DNA of 24,000 bases from Kluyvera intermedia (GTDB taxonomy: Bacteria > Pseudomonadota > Gammaproteobacteria > Enterobacterales > Enterobacteriaceae), in the NCBI RefSeq assembly GCF_021440345.1, contig NZ_JAKCNS010000057.1, forward strand, positions 12,094-36,093, in the 5' to 3' direction. Made by a program: the position numbers and the translations under genes. The first letter of the stretch is position 1. Every line of letters starts with the position of its first letter. The notes under the pieces are model-generated. The model saw only the letters and a program-made list of their open reading frames with translations. It did no database searches and was not told the DNA's origin. Shown here in pieces: positions 17,466-24,000 of this stretch.

Positions 17466-19211
17466 TTACTGCTTTAGCAGTGCAATAAATTCGTCATAGC
17501 TGGCCAGGGCTGAAATGGTTTCGCTGGGGTGGCGGCACAGAATGCTCGCTAAGTAGCTAAAGATTTTTAATTCATGGCGCGCATCAGCGGCGGTGCAGGC
17601 GATCAGCAGGTGGCTGACCGGCTCGTTATTGACCTGTATGGGACGCGCGAGGGTGATAAAAAAACCGCGAAAGCGGCGTTCCTGCTCGCTCCAGCAATGG
17701 GGGATCGCCAGACGATTCACAATCAGGTTTTCACCTTCATGCTCCCGGGCGCAAATACGCAGCGCTTCGTCTTCCGTGATATGGCCCTGTATCACCAGTT
17801 GCCCGCAGGTTTTCCCGATAATACTCTGCCAGGTTTCGCCCACCGTATTGGCGTAATGAAAGCTGCCCTGTTGTGAAAAGAAACGCTCTGGCTGTTGGCG
17901 GATAAACGCCGTAGCGAGAAAGTTTTTAATCTGTTCGGTTCCTGCTGCAGTGATAATGTTTTTGATGGTAATGACATTTTTCACCACATTATCAATCAGG
18001 TAGTGGCTATTGTTGATGATCAACAGTGGGGCGATTTCCTCACAGATAGCGGTCACTTCATTCAGGTTCCGCGCGATGATGACCCGGCAATTCAGCACGT
18101 CTCGCTCAATCGCCTGCTGGTTAATGGTGGCGATAGCGTTTTGGTCGGAGAGTAAAATAATCGGCTGGCGTTCATTTTGATGTCGCTCGAGCGCACAGGC
18201 AAAGTACAGCCCGATCAGGTCGCTGTCGAACAGCGGAATATCTAATTGCTCACGTAGCCTGGCGATAAAGCGCAGGCTCATGTCAAATGCGGCGGGCCAC
18301 GTGGCCTTCAGGTTGTTCATGCTGCCTTGACGGTGTTCTGGGATCCACACCGGTGCGGCGATGCAGCGCATGAGATGACCAGTAATATTATCAACCAGCT
18401 GCGCGTCGATAATATTCAGTTGGGCGATTCCGGGCAGCGATTTTAGCAGCGACACGATGCCCTCCCTGGATACTCCGGCGGTATGTCGTTGCTGAATTTC
18501 CAGGAGACCCATTAGCGTCCAGAACGCCCGGTCCCCCAAATAAATCCCCGCCTGATCCACCGCATTTTTTAGCGCAACATGCTGGTACTCAGGCCAGGTG
18601 ACGGTGAGTTGATTGCGCAGGGCGTAAATGGCAAGTACTACGCTGACGAGATACTCCCCGGCGACCAGCGCAAAAGCGTGCATATTTTCACAGGCCCGCT
18701 GAAGCTGCTCGATGTTCTCACGCGTAATGCCCGGCAGGGGAATCAGCAACGGGTCTCTTCTGAGCAGATTTGCCAGCAGGATAATGCGCTTTTCTTCAGG
18801 TACATCAACAAAATGCCCGACGCCTGGACGGCTGGTCACGCAGAATGCGCGCTCGTAGCGCTGCTTTAACCGCGACAATCTTTCAGCGACCCAGGTTTCA
18901 GGTAAATTCAGCGTTGAAGCGAGCTGCACGCGGGTCGTAAACGGGTTGAGCAACAATACTGCCAGCAGCCGGTCATCATTATCATGACGTTGTAAAAGCT
19001 GGAAGTAGCCACGCCTGTCAACAATCTCCAGTTGATAACCCATATTTATCGAAGGGGTAATGCGAGCCTTACCGCTGAAGGTAAAGTTGAGGTAATCAAT
19101 ATCGCGTAAAACGGTACGACTCGAAACGTCAGTTTGTCGCGCCAGCTCCCCCAGCATGCGGGGTTGCTGTTCGAGAATTTCCGCGATTGTTAACTGGCGT
19201 TCGTTCAACAT
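17466..19211 (-). CDS. frvR: frv operon transcriptional regulator FrvR (N-terminal HTH, C-terminal PTS EIIA-2-like domain)
   Basis: A 581-aa ORF reading MLNERQLTIAEILEQQPRMLGELARQTDVSSRTVLRDIDYLN..., a DeoR/MtlR-type HTH. Its size and its position at the end of frvABX match E. coli FrvR (582 aa). The start overlaps the frvX stop (TAATG). Confidence 0.88.
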   Translation of the reverse strand: MLNERQLTIAEILEQQPRMLGELARQTDVSSRTVLRDIDYLNFTFSGKARITPSINMGYQLEIVDRRGYFQLLQRHDNDDRLLAVLLLNPFTTRVQLASTLNLPETWVAERLSRLKQRYERAFCVTSRPGVGHFVDVPEEKRIILLANLLRRDPLLIPLPGITRENIEQLQRACENMHAFALVAGEYLVSVVLAIYALRNQLTVTWPEYQHVALKNAVDQAGIYLGDRAFWTLMGLLEIQQRHTAGVSREGIVSLLKSLPGIAQLNIIDAQLVDNITGHLMRCIAAPVWIPEHRQGSMNNLKATWPAAFDMSLRFIARLREQLDIPLFDSDLIGLYFACALERHQNERQPIILLSDQNAIATINQQAIERDVLNCRVIIARNLNEVTAICEEIAPLLIINNSHYLIDNVVKNVITIKNIITAAGTEQIKNFLATAFIRQQPERFFSQQGSFHYANTVGETWQSIIGKTCGQLVIQGHITEDEALRICAREHEGENLIVNRLAIPHCWSEQERRFRGFFITLARPIQVNNEPVSHLLIACTAADARHELKIFSYLASILCRHPSETISALASYDEFIALLKQ

Positions 19212-20281
19212 TATCTCACCTGGCGAAAGTCGGTGAAGGTTTTGACTTTATCCGCTGTTAGTGAGGCCAGCAGCTCGCGGACCAGGGTGAACAGGGCGTT
19301 ATAGTCCGTTGTCGAAATCATGCCGCTATTGGCATGCAGATAGCGAGTCGGCAGGCACAGTGCCACTACGGGACGACCGCCGCCCATCACATTGTAGCGT
19401 CCGCCGTCCGTTGCACCGGTTTTCATGGTGCAAAACTGTAGGGGTGCGTGGCTGCTTTTGGCGCTCTCTTTTAGCGCGGCGACCAGCTGCTGATTGGGAA
19501 AGTAGCGTTTATCAAACAGCATCAGTCCTGGCCCATTGCCCAGCTTCAGCGGGTATTTGATGTTGTCGATTCCGGGCACATCACCAGCGACGGCGGTATC
19601 CAGGACGATAACCACATCGGGTTTTATGTGCTCCGCCGAGGTTTGCGCGCCACGCAGCCCGACCTCTTCTTCCACGCTGCCGACACCGTACAGGGTGATT
19701 TCTGGGTTATCCACCGTCTGTAAAAGTTCTGCCATCAGGGCGCAGCCGACGCGGTTATCCAGCGCTTTGCCGACGATTTTATCTTCGCCCCAGCGGGCAA
19801 AGTTTGCTTCCGGACTAATAAAATCGCCTACCGCAATACCGCGTTTTTCTACTTCTTCGCGGCTATTCGCCCCAATATCAATGAACATCTCATCAAATGA
19901 CAGCGGCTGTTGTTTCTGCTTTTCCGTCAGGGCATGCGGTGCAACAGACCCGATCACGCCGGGGATTTTTGCTCCTGCGCGGCTACGAATGGTCACTCGA
20001 TGGTTGAGCATCGACTGGTTCCACCAACCGCCAATCGTGGTGAAGCGGATGAAACCGCAGTCGTCGATATGCGTCACCATAAAGCCCACTTCATCCATAT
20101 GGCCGACGATGGCGACTTTCGGCCCGCGAGTGCCTTTGCGGGCAACGAAACTGCCGAGGCCATCGAAGGTGATTTCGTCCACGCACGGTTCCAGTGCGCC
20201 GATCAAAATTGAGCGAACTTCCTGTTCATCACCGCTGACGGCGCTGGCTTCGCATAACTGCTGTAGTAACTCAATGTTCAT
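19211..20281 (-). CDS. frvX: M42-family metallo-aminopeptidase (cellulase-like) FrvX
   Basis: Starting at ATG 20281 (MNIELLQQLCEASAVSGDEQEVR...) gives 356 aa, with AAGGAG 7 nt upstream. The ORF-track TTG at 20287 lies inside that Shine-Dalgarno spacer and is rejected. M42 motifs are present (VGHMDEVG, DNRVGC, EEVGLRGA). Confidence 0.9.
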   Translation of the reverse strand: MNIELLQQLCEASAVSGDEQEVRSILIGALEPCVDEITFDGLGSFVARKGTRGPKVAIVGHMDEVGFMVTHIDDCGFIRFTTIGGWWNQSMLNHRVTIRSRAGAKIPGVIGSVAPHALTEKQKQQPLSFDEMFIDIGANSREEVEKRGIAVGDFISPEANFARWGEDKIVGKALDNRVGCALMAELLQTVDNPEITLYGVGSVEEEVGLRGAQTSAEHIKPDVVIVLDTAVAGDVPGIDNIKYPLKLGNGPGLMLFDKRYFPNQQLVAALKESAKSSHAPLQFCTMKTGATDGGRYNVMGGGRPVVALCLPTRYLHANSGMISTTDYNALFTLVRELLASLTADKVKTFTDFRQVR

Positions 20282-21716
20282 GGACAAGCTCCTTTTGCGC
20301 GGCTTTACGTCTGAGCCACAATCCTTTCAGGATGATGATGAGTGAAATGTTCAGCGCCAGGCCAATCGCCAGCACCAGATAGAATGGCCCTACTGGAGAC
20401 ATCAGGCCGATTAGCGGGTCAAAGATACCTAAACCCGGTGCCAGTCGTTTGATTCCGAAAGCGATAACCAGCATGCCGGTAATGCCGCCGGAGAGGGTAT
20501 TGGCGGTTATCATCGGCAGCGGGGCGGCCAGCGCGTAGGGAATGGCTGGCTCGGTCGCTACGGTTGCGCCAACCACAATCGCGCTACTGGCGGCGGCTTT
20601 CTCTTGCTGAGTAAACAGTTTTGGCGCGATATAGGTGGCGATACCCGCGGCGACGGGCGGCATCAGCGCCACGACGCCGACGATGGCGTACCAGTCATAG
20701 ATGTGTTTTTCCAGCAGTGAGAAGCAGAAGAACCACGCGGTTTTGTTGATTGGCCCGCCCATGTCGAACGCCAGCATCGCGCCGACGAGGAACGCCGCGC
20801 CCAATTTCATGGATGGCGGAATGGTGTTCAGGAAGTGCAGTAGGCCACCCATGATGTCTGACATTACCGGGCCGACGACGTAATAGGTCAGCACGCCAAA
20901 GACCAGTAAGGTGACGAATGGGATTAGCATTGAGCCAAGCAGCGGCTGAAGCGCTTTGCCGAGGCGTACTTTACGAAACCACAGCACGAAATAGCCGATC
21001 GCCAGTCCGAGAACGACTGCGCCGAGAAAACCGGCTCCGGACTGCGTCCCGAGCAGACCTTTATCGTTCGCCAGGTAGCAGACCAGAAACGCCGGAGCGA
21101 AGGCCGGTTTATCGGCAATCGACCATGCGATGTACGCCCCCATAATCGGGATCATAAAGGTGAAGCCAAGATAGCCGATGGACTCGACAATCCAGCTGAA
21201 CGACGGCGCGCCTTTCGACATATCGGTATACGGTAGCCCGAACTGCACCAGCATATTGGCGATAGCCACCAGAATACCGCCACCGATAACAAACGGCAGT
21301 GCGGCGGAGACGCCTGCCATCAGATGGCTCATCACGCTGCCCTGCGGCACATCCTGCTTACCCAGCTTCACGCTACTATCCACGGCAAACAGCTGTGAAT
21401 GTGAAGGTAGCTGCGTGAATATCTGGTCGATATTTTTTAGCGCCTGGGAAATCGCAATTTCATAGACTTTCTTCCCGGCAAAGCGTGCGCGGTCATCAGC
21501 GCTTAACCCTCGCCCGGTCGCCAGAATAACGTAATCAGCGGCGGCAATTTCTTCATGAGTCAGACGGTTTTCGACGCCGCTGGAACCTTGTGTTTCGACT
21601 TTAATCGTATGGCCGAGGGCGCGCGCTTTTTGTTCCAGCGCTTCTGCGACCATGTAGGTGTGAGCAATTCCCGCAGGACAATTGGTGATTGCCACTAAAC
21701 GTAAGGATGACTCCAT
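20271..21716 (-). CDS. frvB: PTS fructose-like EIIBC component FrvB
   Basis: A 481-aa ORF. The N-terminal EIIB(Fru) domain carries the phosphocysteine loop AITNCPAGIAHTYM, followed by a multi-TM EIIC domain. It overlaps frvX. Confidence 0.92.
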   Translation of the reverse strand: MESSLRLVAITNCPAGIAHTYMVAEALEQKARALGHTIKVETQGSSGVENRLTHEEIAAADYVILATGRGLSADDRARFAGKKVYEIAISQALKNIDQIFTQLPSHSQLFAVDSSVKLGKQDVPQGSVMSHLMAGVSAALPFVIGGGILVAIANMLVQFGLPYTDMSKGAPSFSWIVESIGYLGFTFMIPIMGAYIAWSIADKPAFAPAFLVCYLANDKGLLGTQSGAGFLGAVVLGLAIGYFVLWFRKVRLGKALQPLLGSMLIPFVTLLVFGVLTYYVVGPVMSDIMGGLLHFLNTIPPSMKLGAAFLVGAMLAFDMGGPINKTAWFFCFSLLEKHIYDWYAIVGVVALMPPVAAGIATYIAPKLFTQQEKAAASSAIVVGATVATEPAIPYALAAPLPMITANTLSGGITGMLVIAFGIKRLAPGLGIFDPLIGLMSPVGPFYLVLAIGLALNISLIIILKGLWLRRKAAQKELVHEH

Positions 21717-21726
21717 AGCCGTTTCC

Positions 21727-22173
21727 CTATGAGGTTAAGGTCTGATTTAACAGCGCAAGTACCTGGTCGGCATCGCCCTGTTTCAGCTGGTTGATAAAAT
21801 CCTGATGGATAATTTTGCGGCACAGGGTGCCAATAATTTGGACCTGGGCGTCCTCGCCGGTTTGCGGTACACCGAGACAGATCCAGCAGTTGACGTCTTC
21901 GCCATCGCTGGCTTTCCAGTCCACGTATGTGGATTTACGTGCGAACAGAACGAAGGGCTGCTTTACGCAGGCGCTCTTGCCATGAGGAACGGAGATACCC
22001 GAACCAAAGCCGGTGGAGTGCAGTTTTTCCCGCTGGAGCAGGGTTTGCAAAAACTGATTACGATCGCTGACATAGCCGTTTTGAAAGGCCATATCTGCCA
22101 GTTGTTTGAGGATGGAGTAAACGCTATTACCCTGAATATTCAGGTCAATACAGTTTGCTGTAAGGGTTGCCAT
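21727..22173 (-). CDS. frvA: PTS fructose-like EIIA component FrvA
   Basis: A 148-aa PTS EIIA type-2 fold with the phosphohistidine motif GISVPHGKS. It is the first gene of the frv operon, with GGAG 7 nt upstream of the ATG. Confidence 0.9.
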   Translation of the reverse strand: MATLTANCIDLNIQGNSVYSILKQLADMAFQNGYVSDRNQFLQTLLQREKLHSTGFGSGISVPHGKSACVKQPFVLFARKSTYVDWKASDGEDVNCWICLGVPQTGEDAQVQIIGTLCRKIIHQDFINQLKQGDADQVLALLNQTLTS

Positions 22174-22341
22174 GGTGAGACTCCGTTAAAGCCGAATTGC
22201 TCTGATTTTAACGGGGTGGTGATGAAGAGATGAGCGGCAATATGTCAGTGGGCTGCGACATATCGCGTGGTAAGCGTGAGTAAGCTTTGTGCACAAGCAC
22301 ACACTTTAGGCTAGGTTTGCCGATAGAAAAATGAATACGGT

Positions 22342-22363
22342 ATGAGCGCCCAAAGGCGCTCAT
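22342..22363 (-). terminator. Hairpin directly after the azlD-like stop codon, a probable terminator
   Basis: ATGAGCGCC-(4 nt)-GGCGCTCAT is a 9-bp GC-rich stem abutting the TAA. On the minus strand the U-rich tract is displaced (ACCGUAUUCAUUUUU). Confidence 0.45.
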
Positions 22364-22687
22364 TTAGTGTATACCCGCCAGACGCAGCAGTGCTGTAACG
22401 ATAGCTGCGGCAAAAATCACCACGATTAACGGTGCTTTGCGCCAGGCCAGGAACACCGCAAAGCTTACTCCTAGCACGCGTGCCATTCCGGAAAAGTGCT
22501 CACCTTCATAAAAGGTGGTGGCCAGTGCGACGGAAAAAAGCAGTACCGTTGCGGCATCGGAGAGCAGCGCCTGCGAGCGTTCCGAAAAGGCTAAGCGATT
22601 CCCCAGCTTCGCGCCGCCAAGACGCATTAAATAGGTGCCAACCGACAAAATGGCGATACCGGCGATAAACAGCGTCATGTTTTCCAT
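22364..22687 (-). CDS. AzlD-family small membrane subunit of a branched-chain amino acid exporter (YgaH-like)
   Basis: A 107-aa ORF with 3-4 TM segments, MENMTLFIAGIAILSVGTYLMRLGG.... It is translationally coupled (TAATG) to the upstream AzlC-like gene. Confidence 0.85.
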   Translation of the reverse strand: MENMTLFIAGIAILSVGTYLMRLGGAKLGNRLAFSERSQALLSDAATVLLFSVALATTFYEGEHFSGMARVLGVSFAVFLAWRKAPLIVVIFAAAIVTALLRLAGIH

Positions 22688-23349
22688 TATTTTTTCCTCG
22701 CCAGCAGACCAAACAGTGAAAGCAGCACCGGTAGTCCAACGGGTGCAAAAGGCACGCTAACCAGTGATAACGCGGCACCGCTACAGGCTCGAATCAGCGT
22801 CGTACGATTCTTAAATGCGGGAACCACGAGGGCGAGTAAAATCGCGGGGAAAACCGCATCCAGGCCGATGGTTTCCGGTGCGGGTAAGAGTTTGCCCACC
22901 GCGGCGCCAAAAAGTGTACCCAGCGGCCAGAAAAGCGCCACGCCAATCCCGCAGAGCCAGAATGCTGCTTTGCGTTGCTCAGGAGTCGGTTGCGACAGCC
23001 CAAAAACCACGCTCTCATCATTCATGATATGGCAGCCAATAAAGCTGGCGGCGCGGCGGCCAACGAGATCCCTTACCGTGACGCCAAACGGGATGTGTCG
23101 GGCATTGACCAACAGCCCTGCGGCGGCGGCGGCTAGCGGATTACCGCCGCTGGCGACGATACCGATAAACATAAATTCCGACGCGCCCGCGAGCACAGAG
23201 ATTGAAAGCAGCAGCGGCACCCAAAGTGGAAATCCATATGCCATCGCCAGCGAACCGTAGGAGACGCCTACGACGCCTACCGCCAGACAGACGAGGAAAA
23301 TGGCTTTAATCGTGCCGCCTTTCAGGCAGGAGAACATTTTCAGAGACAT
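22687..23349 (-). CDS. AzlC-family branched-chain amino acid exporter permease (YgaZ-like)
   Basis: A 220-aa polytopic membrane protein with AzlC-type blocks (LAGASEFMFIGI, LLVNARHIPFG). It is paired with the AzlD-like gene. Confidence 0.87.
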   Translation of the reverse strand: MSLKMFSCLKGGTIKAIFLVCLAVGVVGVSYGSLAMAYGFPLWVPLLLSISVLAGASEFMFIGIVASGGNPLAAAAAGLLVNARHIPFGVTVRDLVGRRAASFIGCHIMNDESVVFGLSQPTPEQRKAAFWLCGIGVALFWPLGTLFGAAVGKLLPAPETIGLDAVFPAILLALVVPAFKNRTTLIRACSGAALSLVSVPFAPVGLPVLLSLFGLLARKK

Positions 23350-23360
23350 CTAACTTTACC

Positions 23361-23431
23361 ATATCGAACGAAATCTCCATTATAATGAACGAATCAGTGT
23401 GGTAGTTCAAGGCGAACGAATTGTTCGATAT
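23361..23431. promoter_or_regulatory. Divergent promoter/operator region between the azlC-like gene and the XRE-cupin regulator
   Basis: GAACGAA occurs three times in direct orientation (23366-23372, 23387-23393, 23414-23420). A 9-bp inverted repeat, ATATCGAAC (23361-23369) and GTTCGATAT (23423-23431), brackets the region. The self-complementary ATTATAAT (23379-23386) gives a consensus TATAAT on both strands. Confidence 0.5.
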
Positions 23432-23451
23432 ATAAAACGATGGAGTTGCGT

Positions 23452-24000
23452 ATGACACAGCCAATCAGCGTGATTGCAAAAAGTCTGGTTCGTGAACGCG
23501 CGAGGACGGGGTTGTCTCTGGCCGAAATTGCCCGCCGTGCCGGGATTGCGAAATCGACGCTTTCTCAACTTGAGGCCGGGAACGGCAACCCTAGCCTGGA
23601 AACCCTATGGGCGCTTTGTGTGGCATTGGATATTCCGTTCGCTCGCCTGCTTGAACCGCAGCCGAATAAAACACAGGTGATTCGCCGGGGTGAAGGTACG
23701 AAAGTGGTAGCTGAGCAAGCCAACTATCAGGCCACGCTGCTCGCCGCCTGTCCGCCAGGCGCGCGTCGTGATATCTATTTGCTGACCACGCAGCCGGGCG
23801 CCGACAGGATTTCTCATCCGCATCCCCCGGGGTCAGTTGAACATATCATTGTTACGCAGGGGCGAGCGCTGGTTGGCTTAACCAGCGGGCCGGAGGAGCT
23901 GAGCGCGGGAGATTACATTTGCTATCCTGCCGATGAAGAACATCTGTTTAAAGCGCTAGAGCCGGATACGATGGCGCTGCTGGTCGCGGAACAAAATTGA
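23452..24000 (+). CDS. XRE-family HTH transcriptional regulator with a C-terminal cupin sensor domain
   Basis: The HTH_3 block is GLSLAEIARRAGIAKSTLSQLEAGNGNPSLETLWALCVAL. The cupin block is HPHPPGSVEHIIVTQGRALV...GDYICYPADEEH. ATG 23452 has GGAG 6 nt upstream. The ORF-track ATG 23440 (MELRM...) is an alternative start. The stop TGA is at 23998-24000. Confidence 0.88.
   Translation: MTQPISVIAKSLVRERARTGLSLAEIARRAGIAKSTLSQLEAGNGNPSLETLWALCVALDIPFARLLEPQPNKTQVIRRGEGTKVVAEQANYQATLLAACPPGARRDIYLLTTQPGADRISHPHPPGSVEHIIVTQGRALVGLTSGPEELSAGDYICYPADEEHLFKALEPDTMALLVAEQN

Noticed and set aside
19536-20345. A 269-aa plus-strand ORF antisense to frvX/frvB. Similar antisense ORFs lie within fdoG (12784-13218, 14032-14523, 14633-15127), dtd (7303-7794) and fdoH (11437-11925).
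   Set aside because: All are fully nested opposite well-supported genes. Their compositionally skewed S-, R- and P-rich translations are typical of antisense frames in genes of about 55% GC.
22228-22281. Tiny ORFs in intergenic regions, for example the 17-codon MSGNMSVGCDISRGKRE at 22228-22281 and ATG-initiated 3- to 8-codon ORFs in 9700-9815.
   Set aside because: They have no Shine-Dalgarno at proper spacing, no conservation evidence available, and lengths compatible with chance.
1-24000. A window-wide search for defence systems, toxin-antitoxin pairs, prophage or integrative elements, tRNA or rRNA genes and CRISPR arrays.
   Set aside because: Every ORF longer than about 100 codons that is not an antisense shadow is accounted for by a recognisable housekeeping or metabolic family. 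No integrase, transposase or recombinase motifs were seen, nor any tRNA-like cloverleaf regions or short-repeat arrays.

Overview
This is an Enterobacteriaceae core-chromosome segment with E. coli/Salmonella/Citrobacter-like gene order. In order it holds: glnG (5' part only), glnL and glnA on the minus strand, with the sigma54 glnAp2 promoter, an NtrC enhancer cluster and a CRP-like site. typA/bipA is divergent from these. Next comes the tightly packed yihX-yihY-dtd-yiiD operon, then a minus-strand Aes-like (HSL family) esterase. After that are fdhE-fdoI-fdoH-fdoG (fdoG read through an in-frame UGA selenocysteine codon with a SECIS hairpin) and divergent fdhD. These are followed by a tandem pair of small DUF1471-type secreted-protein genes, the cryptic PTS operon frvA-frvB-frvX-frvR, and an AzlC/AzlD-type exporter pair divergent from an XRE-cupin regulator. 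I saw no rRNA, tRNA, CRISPR array, IS/transposase, integrase or phage genes. I did not find a convincing novel multi-gene system; most of the window is ordinary housekeeping DNA. The points most worth a second look are: (1) the duplicated DUF1471 genes, which have 9 synonymous and 0 non-synonymous differences and a 90-nt upstream leader identical in both copies; (2) a good LexA/SOS-box match directly upstream of the esterase; (3) a thrice-used 9-mer, including a perfect 9-N4-9 palindrome, in an unusually long fdoG-fdhD intergenic region; (4) a repeat-rich divergent promoter between the azlCD-like genes and the XRE-cupin regulator; (5) palindromes upstream of the uncharacterised frv operon. Several ORF-track starts are upstream over-extensions and are corrected below.
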